Below are positions 12,450-26,049 of a stretch of 64,000 nt of DNA, in pieces. The notes under the pieces were generated by a model, which worked only from the letters and a program-made list of their open reading frames with translations, was not told where the DNA came from and did no database searches. Within the stretch, counting starts at the first letter, position 1. Every line of letters starts with the position of its first letter. This DNA comes from Eledone cirrhosa (lineage: Eukaryota): NCBI GenBank assembly GCA_964016885.1, contig OZ024743.1, positions 320,788,001-320,852,000 on the forward strand. Direction: 5' to 3'. The position numbers and the translations under genes were made by a program.

Positions 12450-15400
12450 ATGACCTCACTCAGAATAGGCAGCATAAATGCGCGTGGCTTGGGGTCGTCA
12501 TGGAAGCGGGGTCACCTGCTCAACGACCTCAGGTCACTAAACATAGATGTAGTGGCCATCAGCGAGACCAGAACCTCCGAAGCACGGGCCTTCGCACCGA
12601 TCTTCGGCGGCTACGATGTGTACGCATCTCCCAGCCATCCTAGATCGGAGGGAGGAGTTGCTGTGCTTTTTCGGAGAGGTTTGGATCTCGCCATACGGGC
12701 CATCTTCCTGGACCCAGAAGGTAAGTTGGTGGTGCTGGACGTGACCAGCGGAGAAGGGCAAGCTTTCAGCCTAGTGGCCGTCTATGCCCCGACAGAAGCA
12801 GGGCGGCCTGATTTCTTCCGGCGTCTGGAGACCTTTCTAAATCTTTAGAGTTAGTGGGCGACTGGAACAGGATCTTAGATGCCCGCTGGGATTGTGTGGG
12901 ATTAGCGCATAGGGGAGGAGGGTGCAAGAGCCTCACCAACCTGCTCAGGCGTTTTGAATTGTCTGACAGGTACCGATTAGATTTCCCGAATGTGCCAATG
13001 TGGACTTGGACAAACCGCATCGAGTCATGCAGATCATATCTAGATAGAGTATTTTGTAGGGAAATAGATAGGTCTAGCATAGGCTGTCCACAATTCAAGA
13101 TAGTCAGCTACACGGACCACAAATTCGTGATCTGTGTGCTTGACTTAGATAGGCTTCATAGACGAGGAACCGGCTACTGGAACCTAAACGCGTCCTTACC
13201 AGTGCGCGAGGCCTACAGAGACCGAATTAGCGAACTAGTTAACCGAGCGTTGACGGGGCCATCGTCAACAACAAGTGGTGGTTTGCTCTGAAAAGAGCGA
13301 TTAGATTGGAGTTCATTAGGTTTAGTAAGGCTTTAACTATAGAGAAAAATAGAGCAGAGGAGAACTAGTTAGAAAATTATACGTGCCGCTTAACAAAGGC
13401 ATCGCGACCGAAGTACTTGCGGCAAAATTGGCCAATTCTTCAATGCAAAGCTCGAAGGCTGCGTTGTCAGAACTAGGGTGCGTGCTCTCAGACACGAGGG
13501 GATGAAAGCGGTTCAATGGGCCCGAGTGGCGGAGGCGCGTCGTGGCAACAAAGCCACGATCCGGTCTTTGGTGGACCACGATGGGCGCATGCTACTCGAT
13601 CCCGGGCAAATGTGTGAAGCTTTTCAGCGACACTTCGCTCAGCTGTTCGGGGGCAGCGGCGGGCTGGATCGAGGGATGGACTTTAGTGTCTACCTCGACG
13701 GACTGCCGCGTCTCTCGGCCACTGAGGCGGAGTGTTGCGAAAAGCCGATAACAACCGCTGAAGTATGGGAGGCAATGACTGGCTGCACAAGGGGTAAATC
13801 GCCTGGTTAGGATGGTTTTTCCTATGAACTTTACGTACAGATGCCAGACTTGTTCGGAGGCCTCTTGGCGGACGTCTACTGCGACTGGCAACAGAACGGG
13901 AGAATTCCCAGCTCTGTGAGCCGAGGAGCGGTGGCGATGCTGAGAAAGGATCCGAACAAGGGGGATAACATAGATAATTTCAGGCCCAGAAGTCTGTTAA
14001 ACACAGAGTTCAAGATTTTGGCCTAGGTGCTAGCAAAGAGGTTGGCGCTTGTCGTTGGTGGTCTGGTGGGAGAGGCGCAGACATGCGCCAATCCCAACAG
14101 ATCAATCCACGACAACCTCCACCTCATGCGATACATCGTAGAGAGTATAGCTAGGGAACCTGGCACGGGTGGGTCCTTGATCAATTTAGATCAGTCGAAA
14201 GCTTTCGATAGGGTCAACCATCGTTACCTAGCGGCAGTCCTAAAGGCAGCTGGCTTTGGGCCTTTCTTCAGAGGCTGGATCGCTGCCATACACAGCGACA
14301 TCTATTCTGTGGTGAGAGTGAACGGTCACCTTTCGGAACCGTTCAACATCATGCGCTCGATCTGCCAAGGATGTCCCCCCTCGTCCCTCTTGTACGTATT
14401 GACTCTCGAGCCATTACTGCACAAACCGGAGACGTTGAGGGAGGTCCCGCGCGAACTAGGATGCGGAAGATCCGTGTCAGCATATGCGGACGATGTCACC
14501 GTAGTGGTGCCGAACGCCAAACACATGGGGGCGATCGGCACTACACTAAGAGAATACGAAGCGGTGACAGGAGCAATGATCAACCAGGAAAAGTCAGTGG
14601 GCCTGCAGCTCGGCACCTGGAGAGGCAGGTCCATGCCGTCCAACAGCGTCGTCGGGCGCTGGACGGACTGACCGGTTGAATTGCTAGGGGTCTGGTTCGG
14701 TTTGGACCTCCAGACGGACAAAAGCTGGGACGAGGTGACGAGCAGGGTGGCTTCTCTCACCCAGAAATGGGCAGAGAGGATGCTATCCCTGAAAGGTCGA
14801 GCGGAGGTGCTTTTTCGCTTTTTGTGGAAGGGACGCGCTCCGATGGTCAGGTGGTCCATCTGCTGTCTACTCCCGCTACGTGGAGGGCTGGGTATGCCGT
14901 GGCTGATGATGCGCAGACACGCGCTCAGGCTACGACATCTCCACCTCTATCTCGACGGTGATCAGGTGTGGTCGCCGTTTGCTAGACGCGTCTTTCCCCA
15001 GCTCGTCTCCTTGACGGAGCTGCAGTCCTGGGTCAAGCGAAGACGAAGAGGGAGCGCTTGGAGATTGGAATGTCTTCAGGCGCTCACAGCCCTCGACCAA
15101 TCGGGCAATGTGATCGGTGGCAACTGCAACTCGGCGTTCTATAGAGGATTAGTGGAGGGGAAGAGCGACGACGTACTTGGGGAAACTCTAGGCGTCGACG
15201 AAAATCAACTAGCTAATCTCCTCGGAAGAACTTTCGGGCCGGGGCCTATGGACAACTTCCAGAAATCCCTGGCCTGGCAGTGCTACCGAGGAGCTTTCGC
15301 ATTTCGGGATAAACGCTACAGGCGTGGAGATGCCATCAGCTGGGCATGTCCGAGATGCGCGCAGGGCTACGGAACCGTCCTGCACGCACTAGTCCAGTGT

Positions 15401-15743
15401 CCGAAAATGCTGACTTGTGGGTTTATGTTGAAACCTGCTGTCGCGTGTAGGACGGATCCGGCTATCAGCTGAGGTCATCGGAAGGATTGCCCCGCCTTCC
15501 TCCTTTAGCCGGGAAGGGCAGGCAGTTTTTATCTGTCTGGTGGTCATGGCGAAAGAGATAGTATGGTGGACACGTTTGAAAGGGCTGAAGACGAGCACTT
15601 ACCACTTCGGTGATGCCCTGATTAACTTTTTCAAATTTCATTTGAAAAGGATAATCAAGGTAGAGAGGAAAGTGCTCTCTTCCCAGCATTTTGTTGAAAG
15701 ATGGGTGAGAGAAGCAAGAATGGCCCGAGTGAATATACTCTGA
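12450..15743 (+). pseudogene. Tx1 ORF2 (APE endonuclease, reverse transcriptase, zf-RVT), frameshifted
   Basis: SINARGL, ISET, VYAP, GDWN, YLDR, TDH (APE); KSPG.DG, NFRP, DQSKAFDRV, QGCP, AYADD (RT); CPRC..H...C. Confidence 0.88.
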
Positions 15744-15999
15744 ATATGTGTCTGTAAATTAAAGGTGGAAAACTGGGAGAGGGCACTTGCCCTGGTGGTC
15801 AGGGTCACTGTGGCCTTTTAATGGGCTTTCTCCAAAAATGTCCCTCGGAAGTCTCCCCCCTATTGGGGAATTTTTAATTGTTATTTTTTTGTTTTTTACA
15901 CGCAGACATGCCCATTTGTACCGTCCTGTATTGTCCTGTACTGTCCTTAATGTCTACTTTATGTAAACCCTTGTGGTTAATAAAGAAAGCATTATTATT

Positions 16000-16414
16000 C
16001 TTCGAAATGCTTTTAATTAAGCATACATTGTATTGCAAAATACACTATATATACATTCATATATATATCGCAATTCAGAGCACCAATTCTAATTTTCAAT
16101 TTCTGCTTGACCGGCAACCGCTCTGTATAATCAGTTCCTGATTATTACTAGAATTCTATAAGAATCAAACATTCATGATTTTCAGCGGACAGGTGGAGTA
16201 CTTAGCTTTGATAAGTACCAAACAGTATGAGACAGAGCTCTGTCAGCTTTATCTCCCCTTGATTGACGAAAATTTAAAGTAAGTGAGGCTGTCACTACTC
16301 TAAAACAATAGCGTAAGGTCTTCGAAATGCTTTTAATTAAGCATACAGTGTATTGCAAAATACACTATATATACATTCATATATATATCGCCATTTCAGA
16401 GCACCAATTCTAAT
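16000..16414 (+). repeat. 320-bp-period partial tandem unit carrying an HHR-like motif (retrozyme-like, family B)
   Basis: 16000-16093 is repeated at 16320-16414; HHR-like motif at 16204-16248. Confidence 0.65.
16204..16248 (+). ncRNA. Hammerhead-like motif, U3-A8 core, GAGA instead of GAAA
   Basis: AGCT-TTGATAA-GTAC caaaca GTAT-GAGA-CAGAGCTCTG-TC-AGCT. Confidence 0.5.
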
Positions 16415-16639
16415 ATATATATATATCCAAATCGATACCGCCTTGAGCCAATCCTCTGCGAAACGTGCGTAACAGGTTGATACGTAATAAATATCTTTCA
16501 TATGTAAACAAAACTTTTTCTATTATATACATGTTTTTCTATTATATACACTCTGCCTGTGCATAGAGTGCTTGATCTGGTATCAACACCAGTATTTCAC
16601 TGTACTACCTACACTATATATATATTTATATATATATAT

Positions 16640-18524
<1,885 letters not shown>

Positions 18525-18561
18525 ATTAATAAATGGAAAGTATATTTATAAAACCATATTT

Positions 18562-18621
18562 ATTCTATTATATATATTTCAAGGGTACCAAAACTTTGGT
18601 ACGCTCTCATCAGATAAAATA
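18562..18621 (-). ncRNA. Type I hammerhead ribozyme
   Basis: TATTTTAT-CTGATGA-GAGCGTACCAAA gt TTTGGTACCCTT-GAAA-TATATA-TA-ATAGAATA. Confidence 0.8.
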
Positions 18622-18749
18622 CAAAGTTTATTTTATAAATATTGACATATCCAGGAAGGAGATCTTAACGGTTCAAGTTTTTTCCTGGAAAAACTTGAAC
18701 CGTTAAGATCTCCTTCCTGGATATGTCAATATTTATAAAATAAACTTTG

Positions 18750-18810
18750 TATTTTATCTGATGAGAGCGTACCAAAGTTTTGGTACCCTTGAAATATATA
18801 TGATAGAATA
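18750..18810 (+). ncRNA. Type I hammerhead ribozyme (mirror copy, TG at the cleavage position)
   Basis: CTGATGA at 18758, same stem II, GAAA-TATATA-TG-ATAGAATA. Confidence 0.7.
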
Positions 18811-18949
18811 AATATGGTTTTATAAATATACTTTCCATTTATTAATATCATTGATTAATATCATTGATATTATACTCCAGAAAACTGTCGAGTGCTTCGA
18901 ATCAGTTATAAATATATATATTTGTTGAATTACCAGCAAATTAAATATC

Positions 18950-19030
<81 letters not shown>

Positions 19031-19033
<3 letters not shown>

Positions 19034-19193
19034 GCAAAAGGGATATTTAATTTGTTGGTAATTCAACAAATATAACAAATATAACTGATTCGAAGCACTC
19101 GACAAGTTTCTGGAGTGTAATATCAATGATATTAATAAATGGAAACTATATTTATAAAACCATATTTATTCTATTATATATATTTCAAGGGTA

Positions 19194-19198
<5 letters not shown>
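19031..19198 (-). mobile_element. Partial Naiad-type terminal module, tail-to-tail with 18687-18955 across (TG)n
   Basis: Reverse complement of ~18782-18955. Confidence 0.75.
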
Positions 19199-19259
<61 letters not shown>

Positions 19260-19316
19260 TTACCTCCATATATATATATATATACTGTGGTTACCTCCGA
19301 TTCAACCCGGAATAAC

Positions 19317-19553
<237 letters not shown>

Positions 19554-19756
19554 TTTGTATACGTACATACATATATGTATACAGACGTACAGTAGTCTGT
19601 ATATATATACATACATGCACACATATATATATATCTACGTATGGATTTACCGAACATTTATTATAATGCTCGGTTTGTTTGTAAACAAACATCCCAAATT
19701 AAGCCGTACAGTGTTTAGCAACCATCGTTGCCCTTTTGTTCAACACTGACAAAGGA

Positions 19757-19799
19757 ACGATGTACTAGTTTCAAGCTTATTAGCTATCGTCAGTAACGT
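19757..19799 (-). ncRNA. Minimal type I hammerhead ribozyme (family A)
   Basis: ACGTTA-CTGACGA-T AGCT aata AGCT T-GAAA-CTAG-TA-CATCGT. Confidence 0.7.
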
Positions 19800-20088
19800 A
19801 TAACTTCCTGCCAGATGATGGAACGTCTGAAAGTATATACTTTCCTTATGCATATTAACGACTGAGCAGCCTAATTTGCATATCGAGTGAGTTAATGGGC
19901 CGGGCGTACCGAAAACGATAAATGGAAAGAATGAAACGATATTTCAATTCTCACTCTTAGTACGGCTGTTACTTAAATATAAGTATGTATACGTATATAC
20001 ATATATGTATACAGACGTACAGTAGTATGTATATATATACATACATGCACACATGTATATATACATACATGCACACACAGGAAGGTAT

Positions 20089-20131
20089 ACGGTGCTGACG
20101 ATAGCTAATAAGCTTGAAACTAGTACATCGT
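20089..20131 (+). ncRNA. Minimal type I hammerhead ribozyme (family A)
   Basis: ACGGTG-CTGACGA-TAGCTAATAAGCTT-GAAA-CTAG-TA-CATCGT, with palindromic ACTAGT stem III. Confidence 0.8.
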
Positions 20132-20379
20132 TCCTTTGTCAGTGTTGAACAAAAGGGCAAGGATGGTTGCTAAACACTATACGGCTTAATTCAGGATGTT
20201 TGCTTACGAACAAACCGAACATTATAATAAGTGTTCGGTAAATCCATATGTACATATATATGTGTGTGCATGTATGTATATATATACATACTCCTGTACG
20301 TCTGTATGCATATATGTATGTACGTATACATAGTTATATTTAAGTAGCAGCCGTACGAAGAGTGAGAAATGAAATTTGC

Positions 20380-20612
20380 TCTGGATCCTGGCCTACTGTC
20401 GAGCGACTCTTTCCTTGAACATTTTAACCATATGTCCCAGGTACCAGAGCAGCTTCACATAGAGCGAATTCTCGATCTCAAAATTAAGCATTCTACTGAG
20501 TAAGTTTATACCAAAAACCCCTCGTAGGAACCCCATTTCAGCCTCTTACATTCATGATCATATTTTTTCGGTCATTACCCAAAACTCATGACAAGGTATA
20601 AGGGTTGGCTCG
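20380..20612 (-). mobile_element. RTE-clade LINE fragment (C-terminal region)
   Basis: Minus strand translates to PTLIPCHEFWVMTEK...EAEMGFLR, homologous to 63640-63730. Confidence 0.55.
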
Positions 20613-21939
20613 AACAACTATTTCTCTCCTGATGATGATCGGATACTGAAGTGACGTATTATTACACCATCAATTTATATCATACATACATATATGATGA
20701 TGATGATGGCTGCAACTTGATTTCAAGTAATGCCATCGCTTGATACTTAAGCATGTCCATCAGGGACGTGGATTTTTAGTCCTGCTAGGGACTTGTCTAT
20801 GGCCAGCAATAAGATGCATTGTAAAACATGTCGTATATTAAGTGATGCCTGTGCTCGAAGCTTTTTTAAATGAAGAAAGGCTTTGGACGGGGTCAATCGC
20901 ACTATCTGAACATCGAATGCATTTGCCCAGAAAGAAGGATTAGTCTATATCATTTTATGTAAACAAAGTCGCAGGTTTTATATCAGAGTGGCCTTCTCCT
21001 AGAGAGATGTCTTAATGAAGACTAGGAGTCTCTCGCTCCACAAAAAACATACATACATACGCGCACACACATATACATATATACATACAGACATGCATGC
21101 ATACACACACACGCATACATACATACACACATACATATATAAACACATACATACATAGATACACATAAATACATACACATACATATATACAGACACACAA
21201 ACATACATACATACACCCATACATACACGCATACATACACACATACATATATACAGGCATACACGCACACATATATACATAGACACTCACATGCATACAA
21301 ACAAATACATACATACATACATACATATTTAAATTCATACATACGTACGCACATACACGCATACATACACACGCACATACATAATACATACATACAAACA
21401 CATACATACATGCACACATGCTTAAATACAGACAGACATCGATATATATATCTTGGCACCATATTTTAACTGAAATAAATTGGGATTGTTTCATTCTTGT
21501 GGAAATGAATATAAAACCTTAAAATCATTATATGAAGCACAGGTGCTTATATATCGAAAGTGATATTTCGTGTGAACTATCGTCTTTTAAACTGGGTGTG
21601 TATAGTTGCAACCCAGTCTTATTGATTCATTAATCTATAAAATGACAAAATGTGTGTTGATCGTGTAGATTTAAGATATGGTTGAATTGATTCTAATAAA
21701 CAACAAAGGCAAATATGTCGTTGCAATTTCGTATCATCTCTAAACATTACTAATCATAAATTTCCTCACACACACTCACTTATCAATACATATATATATA
21801 TATATATAATATATAGTAAGAAACACAGTAAACCATGTGTCTAAAATTACAAGGGTTGAAAAACCACATTTGTTTGAAATATTTAACCAAGAAGCAGACA
21901 TAATGATAAAATATACAAACCGCCTCAATAACAATTATA

Positions 21940-22019
21940 TCTCTCGGACAGATTATCCCTAATCTGTTTCGCCCTGAGTGTGTTTGTAACAGATAATCCT
22001 GGGCTTCATCAGCGAGAGA
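21940..22019 (-). ncRNA. Type I hammerhead ribozyme with full stem III
   Basis: TCTCTCG-CTGATGA-AGCCC..GGGC-GAAA-CAGATTA ggga TAATCTG-TC-CGAGAGA. Confidence 0.88.
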
Positions 22020-22238
22020 ATCTGATTAAATGCCACAAACACTATTTGCCAACGTTCACACAGAAAGATGAATTTGTCACCTCGTTCGCCGCGAGTCAAA
22101 CGTGGTCAGCGTGTATTGAATAGAAATAACAGTCCAACACACACAACTTAATAAGCTCAACTTGTGAGGGAGCAGAAATATATATATGAAAATTAGAGTT
22201 AAAACTCAATTGGAACCCTGTAAATATATATATATATA

Positions 22239-23401
22239 AATGAACTCAAAGAGATTTCCTCTAAACTCTCAATTTTGACCAACAAAGTGGATCAAATACA
22301 CATCTATAAAAAAGGACCCCACGAAGAAACAGAAAATACCCAAGAGACGAATATTACTCCAGTATTAACTAAGCTAATCGAAACCATTGAAACAGCAATG
22401 CTCCAAAAGCTGGAACAACCGTTAGAACCCAATCTACGAGATGTCCACTCAGTGAAAAACACCCTAATCAACATATGGACTCAAAAGCTCACAGCCCGCA
22501 AATTCGCCCTTTGGAATCTCCTTAAAAATAATGGCAAGGCAGACATATATGAAAAGTGGCTAAACTCTACCCCAATCATTCTCCCCAAAAAACTCCAAAT
22601 AAAACCCATCACAAATGAACCAGAAAACCAACAAAGACTTAGGGAGAAGATGGCATTGGAAAAATTTAAAACAGAAATAAAACTGTTGCGATTAAGAGCC
22701 AACTCCAACGAAGAAAAATTCAAGTCACTCGACCAACAGATGGACACAGAAATCTCAAAGCACTCTGAAGGCCTACTCTAAAAAAAACCCCTAAAACTTT
22801 GGAAAGAAAACTGTGAGGATGAAGAACTAACATCCCTCCAGCGATGGGGAAAAAACGCCACCAGGTTCAACAACTACGAAATGGACTTCAAAAATGAACA
22901 ACATACAGGTAACCCATTTTTAAAACTAACTAAAACTCACACACCACATGCACAACAAATAACAAAAAAAGTAACAAAACGTCCAACATACCCCCAGCAA
23001 AACTATAACGATAATCCCAGAAACCATAGACAAAACTATAACCCTACTAACAAAAACCAAAGATCCCCGAACACAAGGCAGGACCTGATCCGCAGATCAC
23101 AACCCACACAAAACCTATTCCAAAACCGTAGACCCCTGCCCACACAGAGCCTGTTCCAAAACCATAGATCCCAACCCACACAAAGGATCAACATCTACAA
23201 CCCGGACTATCAACAAACCGAACCTCAATACGTCCGAAACTTCTATACAAGACCACACACCAACAGGGGAAATACCATTAGATATAATAATACCATTGAA
23301 AAAACATTCCAGAAAAATCAATTTTTAGACCAAGGCTACAGGACTCACGACACTTGGTGGCACAAACCGATTTTGAAAAACCGAAAATAATTAACGTAAG
23401 T
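22239..23401 (+). pseudogene. Probable PLE N-terminal/ORF1 region (coiled-coil-like + Q/N/R-rich), truncated by microsatellites
   Basis: ORFs 22275-22781 and 22881-23390 are in the same frame with one stop between them. The -1 frame ends KPKIINVS, resembling the PLE pre-RT 'iiNlS' motif. An inverted HHR lies upstream. Confidence 0.5.
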
Positions 23402-23528
23402 ATGTATGTATTTTGTCCATGTTGGTTGATACATATACGCTTATGTCCCAGTTTATGTCTACGTACTTTTTAAGTATATGCGCGTGGTTGAGTGTGTGTA
23501 TGTTTGTTCATTTATATATTTTATATAT

Positions 23529-23586
<58 letters not shown>

Positions 23587-23675
23587 TCTTCTTCGCCCGT
23601 TGTTTCCTCCGCCTCACTTTCATATTTCTTATATTTTGTTTTCAAATCCACATTTAATAAAAACACCATGTTTTA

Positions 23676-23733
23676 TTCATTCTGACGACTGAATGCATAT
23701 ATATCTGCTTTCAAGAAACCACTGGTAAATGAA
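23676..23733 (+). ncRNA. Type I hammerhead ribozyme (family C; dispersed ~240-bp repeat 23590-23830)
   Basis: TTCATT-CTGACGA-stem II-GAAA-CCACTGG-TA-AATGAA. Confidence 0.72.
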
Positions 23734-23856
23734 ATAATTATCTTATGTTGTTTATTACATAACTAATAATCTCTGTAACCTACATTGAACACTCTTTTTT
23801 CCTATACCTTTCCGACGGAATTACTTCATTCAGACATATATATATATATATATATA

Positions 23857-23906
23857 AGTATGTGTGTATACGTACACACATATATGTATACAGACGTACA
23901 GTAGCA

Positions 23907-23951
<45 letters not shown>

Positions 23952-24255
23952 ATACAGGTACACATACATATATGCACGTATCGGTTTAGCGGACGCTTAT
24001 TATAACGCCGCTTTGTTCGTTTGTAAACAAACTGAACAGCCTGAATTTTTATGCCGTACGGTGTTAAAGCAACCACGTCACCTTTTTGTTCAACACTGAC
24101 ACAGGAACGATGTACTAGTTTCAAGCTTGTTAGCTATCATCAGCACCGTATACCCATCTGCGAGATAGTTGAACGTTCGAAAGTATATACTTTCCTTATG
24201 AAAATTAACGGCTGAGCAGCCTAATTTGCATATCGAGTGAGCTAAGTCGGTCAGG
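23857..24255 (-). repeat. Family A unit copy with intact HHR at 24107-24149
   Basis: Minus strand: ACGGTG-CTGATGA-TAGCTAACAAGCTT-GAAA-CTAG-TA-CATCGT. Confidence 0.75.
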
Positions 24256-24275
24256 CATATATGTATGTGTACCTG

Positions 24276-24324
<49 letters not shown>

Positions 24325-24699
24325 TGGCTGCAGACTCTGCTAAATGTATTGCAATCGCTTGTAAGAGATCTTGAACAAGCAATGCCTGTGCTTTGAGGGT
24401 TCTTTACGTGGGAAAAGGCCTTGCACTCGACCAATCCCCACTTTCTGAGCATCGAAAACACTATCCGAAAAGGAGAACTTGTCAACATCATCGGATGCTT
24501 CCGAAGCGGCAGGTTTTTTTCAGAGTTTCCCTCTCTAAGAAAGGTGTTGTGACAACTGGGGGGGGGGGGGCTTCACTGCCAGGTGGATTTGAGTACTATT
24601 TGGATGGCCGTTGACTCTGTTTAGTTCCTCCGCTCTTTGCCGGGTCTTGTATTTCATCCCGCAGGGTGTCCAAATATCACCCTCCTCACTAAGAAAGCT

Positions 24700-25310
24700 C
24701 GTACATATATTCATGCACACATATATATATGTACGTATGGGTTTAACGTATGGGTTCGGTTTACAAACGTTTATTATAATGTTCGTTAAACCCATACGTT
24801 CATATATATGTGTGCATGTATGTATGTATATACATACTACTGTACGTCTGTATACATATATGTATGTACGTATACATACTTGTATTTAAGTAACAGCCGT
24901 ACTAAGAGTGAGAAATGAAATTTCATTTCTTCCATTTATCGTTTTCGGTGCACACGGCCGACTAACTCACTCGATATGCAAATTAGGCTGCTCAGCCGTT
25001 AATATGCACAAGGAAAGTATATACTTTCAAACGTTCAATTGACTGACAGGAAGGTATACGGTGCTATGACTGCCTATAAGCTAGAAACTAGTTCATCGTG
25101 TCTTTGTCAGTGTTGAACAAAAGGGCAACGAGGGTTGCCGAACACTGTACGGCTTAATTCGGGCTGTTTGTTTACAAACAAACCGAACATTATAATAAAT
25201 GTTCCTTAAACCCATACGTACATATATATATATGTGTGCATGTATGTATGTATATACATACTACTGTACGTCTGTATACATGTATCTATGTACGTATACA
25301 TACTTGTATT
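24700..25310 (+). repeat. Family A, ~1.3 tandem units (420-bp period) with a short inverted 5' piece; degenerate HHR at 25058-25099
   Basis: GTTC(G/C)TTAAACCCATACGT at 24781 and 25201. Core reads CTATGA..GAAACTAGTT. Confidence 0.75.
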
Positions 25311-25439
25311 TATATATATATATAAACAGATATACACATACATGTAAGTATCTATGTATGTATAATTTTAAACAACAGTATCTATGTATGGACATACGTA
25401 TAAGTGTGTTGCTATAGGAGTCGATCGAGGCAGGAGTAG

Positions 25440-25738
25440 CGATTGTGAGTGTGTAGGGGGTGGTTTACCTTGGGCTCGGTGTGGCGGGGCTACTGTCTCT
25501 ATAGCTTGAGTGTAGTTCCCATCCCAATGTGTTGTTATTGTCCATATAGCTTGAGGAAGGTCCCGGTCCTGAGGTGTCTACATGTACCGAAGAAGTCGGT
25601 CTTGAGGTTTATTAGGCTGCTTCCACCGCTGAGTATCTCGAGGGTCTCGCTCAGACATAGTTTGCAGATACCAGATCCCCCCGCGTACTTCGCCGAGTTC
25701 TCCAATCTGCATACTGAGGTGTCGGTAAACAACCAACA
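25440..25738 (-). mobile_element. Naiad-type PLE fragment, GIY-YIG C-terminus
   Basis: AKY.GGSGICKLCLSE..EI....LINLKTDFFGTCRH. Confidence 0.7.
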
Positions 25739-25743
25739 TATAC

Positions 25744-25778
<35 letters not shown>

Positions 25779-26049
25779 CAAGTAAGTTTGTTTTGAAACA
25801 GCGAGCGAAGTTCGAAATTTTAGTAGAAATAGAATCTTTCACCGAGTTTTTGGCTAGAGAAATTTTAGCCTGATAGTGGGGTTTAAAATCTTCTAAAAAT
25901 TGGAAAATAATGAGTATTGACGTACATGCACGTCAATACTCATCCTTGTGTATGTATGTGAGTGTGTGTGTGTTTGTGAGCTTGTGCCTGTATGTGTGTA
26001 GATACGAATATATATTTTTTCTTGGTGAGACAGAGACAATATGCTTTAG

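Larger units (their letters stand above)
10184..15990 (+). mobile_element. Tx1-type L1-clade LINE, full length, degenerate
   Basis: 5' UTR; ORF1 with CCHC knuckle; ORF2 APE-RT-zf; 3' UTR with AATAAA. (ATT)n on both flanks. Confidence 0.88.

Noticed and set aside
20628-20660. CTGATGA as a hammerhead core
   Set aside because: Part of a GAT repeat, with no GAAA or stems at the proper spacing.
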